A stretch of DNA of 63,811 nucleotides, filler included, from Globobulimina sp. (GCA_003354225.1; 51 parts of 51 records of this genome joined end to end with filler, not necessarily neighbours in it); one strand, 5' to 3'. Shown: positions 1 through 12,132, counted from the whole stretch's first letter. Notes: a model not told the origin generated them from the letters alone. Translations and numbers: made by a program.

Positions 1-1005
1 CTTCAGCGTTTCAGACATTCCTATTGGAATAATGCGAGATTGGCCCTCTCCAAAATTGGCTCCAAAATAAATAGATGCCATAATCAAATCTTTATGCAGA
101 GAGTGATTGAATTCCTCTCGGATGCCCGCGTTAATAATGACGAACATTGGAAACTAATCTGTGGAGCCAACTCATACGGGGAGCAATCCTCACAATTCCA
201 ATACATCCACCATTCCATCGACATATCCCATGCCAGAAATACATTCTATAAATGCCTCATCTCCCTGACACACCGCTATATTGATTATGCATATCGCATA
301 CATAACAAACAAATAACACTGAGACATTGTTTGAATAAATTCAGCCCAATCTATGATAACCAAATCATTCACCACACTCGAAATGATACCATCCAAGAAT
401 GGTATAATTATCAATACAAAATCCGCCACACCGATATCCTAATCGCCACTGATTCTTCCAGTGAGAATAATCGCACAGGAATTGGCATCATGATAAAAGA
501 TCACAACACATACCACTGCTATGCACAACCGATAGGTTCCCAGACAAACCACCACGGAGAGTTACTAGCCATTGCAAAGTCGCGTTTTTTTCTGAAGCAC
601 TGTAAAATCAAATGTGAAAACCGACGGATAATCCTATTCACGGATTCAATGACGAATTTTGTTTCATTAATAGTAACCCCTTCCAATGTAAAGAAACTAA
701 CCTACTCCGAATTATTTAAAGAAACACAAAAACACATCATAAACATAAAAGCAATCCTATGGAAAGTCAAATCACACACCAAACCCCGACAGCAAATCTA
801 TAATTTAATCGCAGATAGATTGGCATATGTAGGCAGACTCCATCCCAATAATAGCAACTTAATAATCCCCAGTATCAATTCTATACAATTTGCAAAATAT
901 AAAAGCTTCCATCTTGCTCCCGGATTCAGTGATGAATCCCTTTATAACCTCACGGGGATGTTCCAGCAATCCGTGAGCCTGGAATCGGACTTACGTCCTG
1001 ATTGA
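1..1005 (+). mobile_element. Non-LTR retrotransposon ORF2 C-terminus with RNase H domain (5'-partial)
   Basis: RNase HI motifs IATDSS..TGIGI, TNHHGELLAI, ILFTDS, KVKSH, NLIADRLA; intronless; frame open to the contig start. Confidence 0.75.
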
Positions 1006-1154
1006 ATTTTGGACCACTACTACTACCACTGAAACAAATGTCAGACATTTGTGATAGAAATGTCGACATTTTATACAGAATGTACACATATTTTCGACAT
1101 TTATTTGGACATATTTTATGGACATCGATAACTAAGAAAATACTATATCAAAAA

Positions 1155-1254
1155 NNNNNNNNNNNNNNNNNNNNNNNNNNNNNNNNNNNNNNNNNNNNTT
1201 AATTAATTAANNNNNNNNNNNNNNNNNNNNNNNNNNNNNNNNNNNNNNNNNNNN
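1155..1254. other. Artificial contig linker (44 N + TTAATTAATTAA + 44 N); the same linker recurs 50 times, about every 1253 bp
   Basis: Identical 100-bp spacer with stops in all six frames between segments of 1152-1154 bp that decrease in length. Confidence 0.99.
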
Positions 1255-1498
1255 AAATTATAATCAAACTATGGATTTATTTGATCCTTCAAATATACCT
1301 GAAATCCCTCAATTCTTTGAAGATGAATTAGATGATCATGGTGCATACGATGTGTCACAACAACAAAATGATATAAGTACTAGACAGCAACCCAGTAGTG
1401 ACAGATAAACAAATTAATAATTATATGATTTATATCGTTATTTTGGTAAAGTTTAAAAAACTCACTACCTTAGCTTGAGTTTACATGTCGTCGACATA

Positions 1499-2408
1499 AT
1501 GTCAAATAAGAGTAAGAAGACCATCACCGTCAGTTCACTGAGTTCATCCGTACCATTGACCTCCTTTTCGCAGCCATTAATAGCTTTATCGCCCATAATA
1601 CTGCCCAATCAACGACAATTACCAATAATTCATTCGCGATCACACTCCTTGCATCCTCAGGCTATGCATGACCTAAATGCATCACCAGAATCGCATACAT
1701 TACCAACGGCAAATATTTATGCAAACTCTTTTAATATGGACGAGAGTTTCAGTGTGCAAAACGACTCCCTCTCACTTAATAATATGGCTAACACCAAATC
1801 AAAAAACAAACACAAACGCAGGAAGAAAATGAAACGATTTCGAAACACTTTTACCCCGACAATGCGCGCCCCGTGGAACGAAAATGTCAAAGGTTTATTA
1901 CTCCGGAAACTTCGCAATCGCCGCGATACAAATTCGATTCGTTACATCCGCAGAGATAAAACAGCACAGTCAAACGTTTTCAGTCTTGGATTTATAGAGC
2001 AACGGGGCTATGCTATGATGTATCACAAACTCATCGACAGACCGTGGCTAATATTAATATGTGAATTGGCATTAATTTATACGAGTATTTACGTGTTTTT
2101 TGCCACCTTTTTTTATTACATTGACATTGCATACAACAAATCAGTGAACCCAGAAATCATTGACTTATACGTTCATAATTATTGGTTTCTGTGCTTTAAT
2201 TTTACAGTGCATACCGGCACATCCATTGGCTTTGGATATTTGCTCCCAAAAAATATACACACCATCGCCTCTGGCTTCGCGATGTTAATATTAATTTACG
2301 CCACGGAGATATTTGATACCTTATTCATTGGTGTTTTGATCAAAAAAATCAAGAAACCAACCCGACTCAAAACGCAATTACGTTTTAGTGAACGTGCTGT
2401 GATGAATG
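1499..2408 (+). CDS. Inward-rectifier K+ channel (Kir family), 3'-partial
   Basis: Slide-helix-like YHKLIDRPW, TM1, pore FNFTVHTGTSIGFG, TM2, then KPTRLKTQLRFSERAV (Kir 'FS..AV' motif). Confidence 0.85.
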
Positions 2409-2623
2409 NNNNNNNNNNNNNNNNNNNNNNNNNNNNNNNNNNNNNNNNNNNNTTAATTAATTAANNNNNNNNNNNNNNNNNNNNNNNNNNNNNNNNNNNN
2501 NNNNNNNNTTTCTTTTAAGTTGCACCAGCAACGAGGCGCTAGAAACAAACACAGAAAGTTTAACAAAAGTGAGTAGTCGCTTTATCTATTGTGTTATATT
2601 TACATTTGTAATTATAACAAGAG

Positions 2624-3655
2624 TCAGGAATCCCCACCCGACCCCCAAACGTCTTAAAACACGTTTTTCCCCAAATAAATTTCAATTCCATTGAAAGAAT
2701 ATTAAATACGCTTTCACGCCGTCAAAATAATTATAATCCGGATTTATTTGTGGCACATAAAATTATTAAAGAAAATATTATTGGTTTGGTTGAAATGAAA
2801 AATATCCAATTTTCATATGAAAATCGAAGGAGACTGCATAATAAATTTGTATTTAATGACATATCATTGCGATTTGAGCCATATTGCATTAGCGCATTAA
2901 TTGGAAATATGGCAAGTGGAAAACAGTCAATTTTTAAATTATTGATGAAGTTTTATGATATTAAGTCAGGTGAAATATTAATTGATAATATAAATATAAA
3001 TCAATATAATTTGTCCTTTTTGCATAGTAAGATCGGATATATTTCATTTGAAAACGAAAATATTTCTTTATTTAAGAACAGATCAATTCGAGACAACATA
3101 ACATTTGGTATGAAATTGGATCGATCAAAACAAGAGTCGGTAGAATGCGATGCTTTGCAGCTCGATATTTTGGATAATAAATATTTTGACGAAACGCATT
3201 TATATTTTTGGAGAGAATTTAAAGGAAAAATGACACAGAATGAGATAGAAAATGTGTGTAGAATTGCAAATATTCATTCGTTTATTGTAAATTTGCAAAA
3301 TGGATATGATACAATTATTGGTGGTGCGAATGGGATTAAATTGAGTGAAAATGAAAAAAAAAGAGTTTGCATTGCAAGAGCAATATTATCCAATCCAAAG
3401 ATATTGTTATTAAATGAATCCATATTTATTGGTTCGGAGCCAATCTCGAAATATTTAATGCAAAATACTTTGGATAACATTCTAAATAAAGAAAAATGCA
3501 CAGTCCTTATTATTGCAAACACACTAAAAACATTAAAAAAAGCAAATATGATTTATGTGTTTGATAATGGCCAAATTATTCAACATGGAAAACATGAAGA
3601 ATTAATACAAAATATTGACGGTCATTATTTTAAAATTGCACAATCAATCAAGTAG
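2624..3655 (+). CDS. ABCB-type ABC transporter nucleotide-binding domain with degenerate catalytic motifs (5'-partial; probable intron about 2568-2621)
   Basis: VEMKNIQFSY, SIRDNITFG, ANIHSFIVNLQNGYDTIIG, RVCIARAILSNPKILLL, G.HEELI; Walker A, signature, Walker B and H-switch all altered. Confidence 0.85.
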   Translation, partial: SGIPTRPPNVLKHVFPQINFNSIERILNTLSRRQNNYNPDLFVAHKIIKENIIGLVEMKNIQFSYENRRRLHNKFVFNDISLRFEPYCISALIGNMASGKQSIFKLLMKFYDIKSGEILIDNININQYNLSFLHSKIGYISFENENISLFKNRSIRDNITFGMKLDRSKQESVECDALQLDILDNKYFDETHLYFWREFKGKMTQNEIENVCRIANIHSFIVNLQNGYDTIIGGANGIKLSENEKKRVCIARAILSNPKILLLNESIFIGSEPISKYLMQNTLDNILNKEKCTVLIIANTLKTLKKANMIYVFDNGQIIQHGKHEELIQNIDGHYFKIAQSIK

Positions 3656-3915
3656 ATAAAAGNNNNNNNNNNNNNNNNNNNNNNNNNNNNNNNNNNNNNN
3701 NNNNNNTTAATTAATTAANNNNNNNNNNNNNNNNNNNNNNNNNNNNNNNNNNNNNNNNNNNNGCATCGAGTGGGTAGCAGCCGAGGGGTGAATATGGTAA
3801 CCCTTCATAGCTATGGGTTAGATCCAATAGGAACTTTTCTGAAACATCTAAGATTTGATGCATGTTTTTGAAATTTTAACTAAAAAAAAACTGTATCTAG
3901 CTTTATCTGCATAAC

Positions 3916-4916
3916 ATGTCTCAAATTGCAGTGGAGGGGGAAGGTGCCCAATATCAATTGATATTTGTAAGAACATTAACTGAAACATTTACATTGGATG
4001 TATCCCCATACGATACAATTGGTACTGTGAAGACAAGGATTGAAGTAAAAAGGGGAATAGATCCAGCACAACAAATATTAACAATGTTTAACATTAATTT
4101 AACATTTGCAACTAATACGTTAGACGATACGCAAACTGTGTCACATTATAATATTATTGCAGGGAGCACCATACATTTACGCATCGCAGCAGTGAGCATG
4201 CCATCAGGGTATAGATCATCATATTCATCAGGAATGTATGGCTCATATGTCATTGATGGCATGTTTGAGCCATGGCCACCATACGTGCCACAATCATCAG
4301 GTAATTAACTTGTGTGATCCGTATATATTATAAATTGCGTGATGTGTTATGTGAGATTCACATATAAAGAATGTACGTATATATACAGGTTATGTGGTGG
4401 CTGAACATAAGGAACATAAGGAATACACCGCAATGTGGCATGATGACAAAAAATATAGCTCACAATTGAAGAATGTTGATCTTGATTCAGATTTAGTATT
4501 AAACTTAACTCATTTGGATAAATTACAGGAATTATTTCATGTCGATTTTAATCAAAACTGGAATGTATTTGTAACAAAAATCAGTTCACATTTAATTGAA
4601 TCAAATACAAAATTTAATTTTTATGTAAATAATACCAATGAAATTGCCAAAATATCATATAATTATAATGGGAAATTATCAACAAAGGTGAAAAGGGGAG
4701 ATATTATCATTGTATCTTTGAATCAAATCATTACTAATTTTGCGCCCATTCCAGCAAAGCCTGCAAATGTGGATGATATCGCACCGCCAATTGTTCATTG
4801 TATTAGTTTTGACAATGATGAAAAGATTGATATTAATAAATATAAAGCATCCATGAACAGTGTAGTTATGAATAAATTGTCAAACATCACCAATGATAGC
4901 ATGAAATTGTCAAAAT
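3916..4916 (+). CDS. Protein with N-terminal ubiquitin-like domain; intron 4301-4388; 3'-partial
   Basis: LIFVRTLT.TFTLDVSPYDTIGTVKTRIE.KRGIDPAQQIL...YNIIAGSTIHL; GT...CAG intron joins ORFs 3916 and 4394 in frame. Confidence 0.8.
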
Positions 4917-5016
4917 NNNNNNNNNNNNNNNNNNNNNNNNNNNNNNNNNNNNNNNNNNNNTTAATTAATTAANNNNNNNNNNNNNNNNNNNNNNNNNNNN
5001 NNNNNNNNNNNNNNNN

Positions 5017-6170
5017 TATTTTCATGATCCCTCGAATTTCAACTTATTAAAAAAATTAATTCGCTATGATTTTCCATTGTTATTTATGATTTCATCATCT
5101 TTTGAGGAGAAATTAAAATCATCCAACATCAACCTGCTGATTAAACAATTATACACAAACTTTGCTCAAACAGTGTATGGAAACGCAAGTCATTCAAAAT
5201 TCGAAAATTATTTAAGCGATGATATTAAAACCGATCAAATCCTAAAAAGAAACTTATTGTCCATTATTAAATGTGGCGGTGTTTTGGGAATGGAACATTA
5301 CACTAAATATATTTCAAAAACTAAAAGCATTTCCGTTGGATGCTTATACATTGTACCAATTTTCATTACAACTCGTGAACCACGCATAGGTGTCCGGGCT
5401 CCGTTGGAAGGAATCAATGTTGATACATTTCAAGCATTATCACAGGAATCGCCAAGAGACCCATACTATAAACCAATTCATATTCAAAAGTGGTGTGTTC
5501 AAAAGGCATTTTGTTCATATTTACAATTATTTGATGTTGATGGTTCCATAATAAATGCAGATGATAGAAAAAATTATGTTGGACAATTTAGACAGTTTTT
5601 AATTAATAAAATGTCAGCGTACTATGCGTATACAGCTAGTCATAAAAATGATTGTTGTCTTTGGGGGATATTGGAAACAGAATTAATTAATATTCATCAA
5701 TTTGGTGATGGATTATTGCAATTGTTCGAAATATTATTTCATAAAATATTCAAACAAAATCAGATTTGTGTACCTGTTGAGAATTCATGGGGAGAAATGG
5801 AACGCCATTCGTGTATGGCTGTGGAACGGGAAATAATTAAAACAATTGTTGGTTTACCAAATAAAAAAAGTTTACAACAATGTTATGATTTTTTATGTGA
5901 TGGCAGCAGTGTTTTATTTAATATCGTATCGGAATTTAATGAACATTTAATTTTATGCTGGACTGCAGCTGAAGGAAAAGAAAATTTTGAATGGACTGCA
6001 ATGGCGGAACTGGAACTAAAATGCATTGATACTGATATGGGTGAAAAACTAATCAAACGATATTCAGAAATTTTGTATCAAAATTTTCATCCGAACAAAA
6101 GGGAAATTGGAATTCGATACACGTTTGATTCATATCATGTAGATACATTGTTTGGTGTTGCAATGCCAAA
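5017..6170 (+). CDS. Hypothetical protein fragment
   Basis: Open frame of more than 360 codons across the contig; no family recognised. Confidence 0.55.
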
Positions 6171-6270
6171 NNNNNNNNNNNNNNNNNNNNNNNNNNNNNN
6201 NNNNNNNNNNNNNNTTAATTAATTAANNNNNNNNNNNNNNNNNNNNNNNNNNNNNNNNNNNNNNNNNNNN

Positions 6271-6777
6271 CACTTTTCTTCTTTGAAAGCCCATCTCCGG
6301 CGTTAATCTGCCACAGAGGCAGTCACCATCCGTGAATTCGTTTGTAGTATGGATGTGACGCAAGAAATCTGGTGCAACCTGTCCAAATCTCCCAGATATA
6401 TCACCGATTGCACAATCATAAAATGTAGGTTTCGAAATGTCTGTACATGGCGGAGCTCCATATGGATTATAAGACATTCCCGTAAACTCAGGAGAACAAT
6501 CTGCTCCATATTTATCTTTTGTATCCTCATAATCCCATTTTTCATGTATATGATATTGCAATGGATATGGATCATCTCCGCAAATACTTAAATCTAAACC
6601 ATTGATCTCTAACTCTAAAATGAATGATCCATTATATATTCGTACATCTCCATAAACACCAATATCACCTTGGAAATTGGCTGTAGCTATTCCTTGGAAA
6701 TTAGAGTTGCAATTTTGTCCAAATGCACATAATATTAACAATATCAACATTGAGACAAGTGTCCAGAAAGACGACAT
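6271..6777 (-). CDS. Secreted Cu/Zn-SOD-fold protein (Cu-only SOD5-like), 3'-partial
   Basis: Signal peptide; YHIHEKW, C..EFTGMSYNP, CAIGDISGRFG. Confidence 0.75.
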
Positions 6778-6830
6778 TGTTGGAAAATGTGGACGCAGAA
6801 ATTTTGCAATTAAAAAACACTTAGGTTAGC

Positions 6831-7424
6831 ATGTCAACCATATCATCAGCATCGACAACTATTCTGTATTGGTTATCATGGACATTGATTATATTCATAT
6901 ACTTAACATCAATCATCGTACTTATAGAAGTTACAAAATTCGTCAAAGTATTGAATTTCCACGAGGGATTTTGGCGGTGTCGTCAACCAAAATTAAATAT
7001 CTGTTATATTATAGCCTTTTTATTTGTATTGTACATCTTAAACCCACTCACCTTATTTTTATACAATATCATCACCGTCGACTCGATACTACCTTTATTT
7101 GTCAATGACGTCGCTGACATTTTAATATTTTTACTCCTTTTCCCCCGCGCATGGATCCTCTGGTTTGACCGTGCATTTTTCGACAATTTAAAAAATTGGC
7201 TATGGCGTCGGGAATTAAACCCTCTCGACGCTAACTTCCTAGTTCGCCATCGAAACGCATTAAAATCCAGCCATGTAATCATTTATTCCGCCTATTTATT
7301 GGTAGTGGCTCCCTTATTCTCCATTGTCACAATTTTGCCCTATGCCAATGTCAACCCCTTCCTCTGTGATATCATCAGAACATTGGTATTGTTGTTATTA
7401 TTAGGTTTAACCTTAAACATCGTT
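6831..7424 (+). CDS. Multi-pass membrane protein, probable N-terminal part of a 7TM(-RGS) receptor, 3'-partial
   Basis: Five hydrophobic segments; RAWILWFD...W...LNP loop. Confidence 0.55.
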
Positions 7425-7524
7425 NNNNNNNNNNNNNNNNNNNNNNNNNNNNNNNNNNNNNNNNNNNNTTAATTAATTAANNNNNNNNNNNNNNNNNNNN
7501 NNNNNNNNNNNNNNNNNNNNNNNN

Positions 7525-8678
7525 GCATCATTGCCACCCTTCAAGTTTGGTTTTGAAGATGTTCCCATATTTATTCATCAACAGCGAAATTATCATAGTC
7601 CGGATAAATTGGGCGATGCCAAAAGGACACGAGAATTGACAGCCAAAGCGAGCATATTTTTGAAATATATTTTTCCAAATATCCACGACAATAAACAGGT
7701 TGCCACTGCGTGTAAGTTGATTGGTGGCAAGTTTTACAACGCCAAAACAACAAAGTTAACCTTTTTGTGCACCAATCATTATTTTTACAGTGACAACGAG
7801 AAGCAAATTGTGGAGTGGATTGGCAAATTAATTGCTGAGATTGAACGCTTAGCAGAGTACATTGGCGACAATAAGGAGATGACCTGGGAAGGATACAATA
7901 ATGTATATAATGAAGAATGTAACGATGACATTATTTATAAGAAATGGAATAAGCATCGATGGAAGCAAAAGATGCTCAGTCTACCAGTACATGTGCGCAG
8001 GTGTGTGATCAGCAAGAAATGTATGACATTTTTACAAAGTGGCCATGATTTTTCAAGTGACTTAAAAGATTTTCAGTGGGAATTCTTTAATTACACCATG
8101 ACACCACGTACGTAAAATTTCATATATTTTTTGCAATTAAGTAATTATAACTTATATCAAAATGGCAACCGTATGAATAAATTGACAAATTACTTGGATT
8201 TGATGTATGACAAAGCATTCATTGATGCAGGGAATATATTGCAAAGTGAAGGACCAAAGAAAGGAACAGCCACTGAATATTACCAAGGTTATATACCGAC
8301 CATGGACGAAATTATCAGTGATGACATTGATAATATATTACCAAATAAGCCCGCAAATTATATGATTGATAGGATAATGGACACAAAAGAAGAGATAAAA
8401 GGGAGATTTAATATCGTTTATCCGGATAAGCCAGCAAAGGGAGAAAGGAAAATACCTTTTGGTTTGAATAGTTGTTATTTAATGCCATCGTCGGATAAGC
8501 AGTTTGAAGATGTAAAGAATGCGTTTCATTATCCATTGTCGCAGCCATTTACAGGACTGAGATTGCGCAAATTTAAGTTGACGCCATGGACCAATTCGGC
8601 TATGATGAAGCTGTATCGCTATGAAAGGAACAGACTTGGCATGAAGTTGATTTTTGGCGACGAAAAGTTCAAACGAGC
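7525..8678 (+). CDS. Probable mitoribosomal protein mS35 (MRP-S28 domain); putative 30-nt intron 8112-8141; partial
   Basis: KLIGGKFYN...LTFLC...YSDNEKQIVEWIGKLIAE resembles the MRP-S28 core; the two ORFs share a frame and are separated by GT...TAAG. Confidence 0.5.
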
Positions 8679-9510
8679 NNNNNNNNNNNNNNNNNNNNNN
8701 NNNNNNNNNNNNNNNNNNNNNNTTAATTAATTAANNNNNNNNNNNNNNNNNNNNNNNNNNNNNNNNNNNNNNNNNNNNGTGAAAGTGTTTTGTACAATAT
8801 TTCAACTGAACTCGAGTGTATATTTGGGACGATATGAAACGTTTAAAGGCGTTGTCCCAACATGCACACCGTCAGATTTACATTAAGGCGTAGGAATATA
8901 ATCCGATAAAGATTACATTAAACTTTTTCTTAATGAGTTGATCCAACTCTTAGTATACAGTCTATTATGGTTGTATATGCCCCTTATTGTATACATCTGT
9001 TTGTTGGGCTCTTTGGTTGAATATTCGCACAAACAATGCGTTCACAGCTTATTCACTGCCTTATTATTTATAAAATGTAATATTCTGATTAGATTTTATG
9101 ATATTTATACAATATTTTACTGTGCAATAAAAGATGACCCCAATACCAAGCAAATTCAGTATAAATATTAATAGATTTGTTATAATCTACCACCATAATA
9201 TTGATAACGAATACCATTTTGTCTTTTGTTAATACTCTATGGATCTATCTTGCAATTGATCCCAATGCAAATGTCGACGACATTGAGTGTTCAAATATTT
9301 CTTAATTTAATAATCTGCATACGTTCAAATGGTAGCTGATGCAACAAAATGACTGAAACATTTTCATAATTCTAATTCCGAAGTTAATGAATTCTAATTT
9401 TAGATAATTAATCCTTTCTCCTTTCTTCTCAACAGCACATTTTTTGTTTCAAATTCAAACATAATACAATACAAATTATACAAATCAAATCAAATCAAAT
9501 CAATATCAAT

Positions 9511-9921
9511 ATGAAGATTCAACTTATTACACTCATTGTTATTGCGTTGATATCAATTGCATACAAAAATACATTCACCAATTCTGATAATAATTTGGTT
9601 TTTTTAAAAGGAATTGTTCGTCAAAGAGCAAAGAATTGGCATGCAACATACAGAGGTAAACCATGGGACACTCTGCAGAATGCAACGTTAATGGATTATT
9701 TGGATGCTACTTATAATATCATTAAATTATTGTGCGCTCAAAGTTTCAGGAAAACTGTAGTTCATAATGCTAGAGAACAGAATTTAACATTTGAAACAAA
9801 TGGATTTATGATGATCCAAAATCAATCAGTTATTAATAGTGATACACTAAATGAAGCTGAGTATGAACGCCATATAATTAAGAGCATCCGGTTTTCAGCG
9901 TCAGATTTTTATTGTTTCTGA
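9511..9921 (+). CDS. Signal-anchored hypothetical protein, weak CmcJ/AsaB-like motif
   Basis: Hydrophobic N-terminus; VHNARE..LTFETNGF resembles the N-terminal motif of CmcJ/AsaB proteins. Confidence 0.3.
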   Translation: MKIQLITLIVIALISIAYKNTFTNSDNNLVFLKGIVRQRAKNWHATYRGKPWDTLQNATLMDYLDATYNIIKLLCAQSFRKTVVHNAREQNLTFETNGFMMIQNQSVINSDTLNEAEYERHIIKSIRFSASDFYCF

Positions 9922-10032
9922 GAAAAGAAGGCNNNNNNNNNNNNNNNNNNNNNNNNNNNNNNNNNNNNNNNNNNNNTTAATTAATTAANNNNNNNNNNNN
10001 NNNNNNNNNNNNNNNNNNNNNNNNNNNNNNNN

Positions 10033-10832
10033 AAATTAATCAAAAAAAACGGATGCACGCAGATAAAATGCGCAGTGAAATTAAGAAAATTCGCAGATAT
10101 TCACAAGAATTGCAAGGCTCGAAAGAGAAATTCCTGAAACAAAACAAAGACACCAAGCAAATGGTGAAAAGCTTGCAAAATATGAATGTGGACTCGTTGG
10201 ATGAGCTCAATATTCAGAAAGGAAAAGCGCAGAAAGTATATCAAGAATGGTTGGGTTCGTTGCTTAAGAAAGAACGGGCATTATTGCATACGTTATATGA
10301 CAGATTCGAGTTTTTAGATAATTCGCCTGGAATGACAAGGACTGAGTTTGATGTGTTTGCCAAGAACTTGCCGGATGGCTATGCGGAGAGAATGGATAGA
10401 TTGGGTAGCTTTGACAAGGTTAAATTTAAAATTTGCACTTGCCATTTTTTGCTTGCTTTTTTTTGGAAAATCTTACTCGAGTACTTTGAGTTTAAATGTT
10501 GCAATGTTGCAATGTTGCAATGTTTCCGGGCTGCTCGATCTATGCTTGATGCAATGTTGCAATGTTTGAAGTTGAATTTGTGTGTATTTATATAGTTGAG
10601 TAAGGGACAGGGGATAATAATGTATGCGGATTTTAAAGCTGCGTTGGATGTGTTTGCGGAGATGGAGCTGAATGATACAGATATTGAGTTTCAAATTGCC
10701 AAACAGGAAACTGGTGTGGATGAGACTGGCAATAAAAAATTTATCAATGCCATTGTGAAGAAATCAACCAAAGCGAGAAATATGGTAAAGAATAAATGGT
10801 TTGCTTCGAACGATGGCGATCAAAAACAATGA
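10033..10832 (+). CDS. Coiled-coil protein with degenerate EF-hand pair; intron 10419-10595; 5'-partial
   Basis: DRFEFLDNSPGMTRTEF and FDKLSKGQGIIMYADF joined by an AAG|GT...TAG intron. Confidence 0.6.
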
Positions 10833-11106
10833 TTTTATATTTTGTTCATGCAGTAAATAGTGTATACGTATTCTTTGTTTGATGATTAGATAGTTACTTT
10901 TATTGAAGTACTTTTGTTTTTGTCTGCTAATATTTTGTGAACTATTAAAATGTACACTTGTCGTTTGAATTTCTGTTTCGTTCATGTATGTGCAAGGTTC
11001 AATACACTTTTTATAATTGAACAAATGTTGGTTATTGACTTTTGACTTTTGATGTTTGATATATCTGATTTTCTGAATATGTGCAAGGATAATTATATGC
11101 AAACTA

Positions 11107-11186
11107 CTTAATAGAAAATGGTTTAATGGAATTCGTAAAAAAAAAACTTTTCCTACTTTTTTTTTGTGAAACCCAAAAATAAAACT
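11107..11186. repeat. Dispersed repeat, reverse complement of 58998-59077
   Basis: About 80 bp near-identical match between two independent contigs. Confidence 0.9.
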
Positions 11187-11358
11187 NNNNNNNNNNNNNN
11201 NNNNNNNNNNNNNNNNNNNNNNNNNNNNNNTTAATTAATTAANNNNNNNNNNNNNNNNNNNNNNNNNNNNNNNNNNNNNNNNNNNNCGAAAGTGCCCGTA
11301 ATGTACAACGTGGAACCAAACGGCAAAAAAAGGTTACAAACACAAACAGAAATAACTT

Positions 11359-12132
11359 TTAATTATTTAGAGTGAAAAGAAAAGAAATAAATAAACAAAA
11401 AAATAATTGTGGTGATTGATGTGATTGATCAGTTTGCGCAGTTGGAGCAGCACTTGGATTATCTGTTGGAGAAGTGGTTGGAAACGTAGCTGCCCATTCT
11501 TCGAGAACACCACCCCAACCACAAATAACTGTTTCTTGAACATAGCCACCTTTATTAGGCACTAAATTAGCTTGGCATTCCTGCGCCCACTCAATAAATG
11601 AAGTTGTACGTTGCAAATCAGTGACAATACAATCCAATTCAGAATACACAGAAACAGTTTGATCCGTACAATTATAAATTATTGATTCTGTCCATAAATT
11701 CACACAATAGTCTGCCAAATAAGGATCAACATCTTTGCCCATTGGCGCATCTGTACAGGAATCGATATCATTAAAACTTCGAATGCCAAATGCAAAACAA
11801 TCCTCTTCAATGGACGAGTTACATTCGACGTGCGTTATACCTAATGATGCATAGCCAAATGTATCACCGCCAACCGCAAATGGCCCAGCAATGGCAACTC
11901 GATTGGTACAATTAATATTGTCGCTTGACCAAATAGTGCCTGTGTTGTCGGTACTGTTGCAAGTATTTATCAAATAACGCGTTGAATGATGCGTTCTGTT
12001 GCCAGTCCAGGATGGATGACACGTATCCCAGGCACCTGCCACATTAAAATTTGTTCCATTCAATGCAAAATGACCACATTGACTCCACACACACGAAATC
12101 ATTCCCAATAATAATGCAATTCTAACAACCAT
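11359..12132 (-). CDS. Secreted Cys-rich surface protein with PT-repeat stalk and probable GPI signal
   Basis: Signal peptide, many Cys, PTTSPTDNPSAAPT, hydrophobic C-terminus. Confidence 0.75.
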   Translation of the reverse strand: MVVRIALLLGMISCVWSQCGHFALNGTNFNVAGAWDTCHPSWTGNRTHHSTRYLINTCNSTDNTGTIWSSDNINCTNRVAIAGPFAVGGDTFGYASLGITHVECNSSIEEDCFAFGIRSFNDIDSCTDAPMGKDVDPYLADYCVNLWTESIIYNCTDQTVSVYSELDCIVTDLQRTTSFIEWAQECQANLVPNKGGYVQETVICGWGGVLEEWAATFPTTSPTDNPSAAPTAQTDQSHQSPQLFFCLFISFLFTLNN

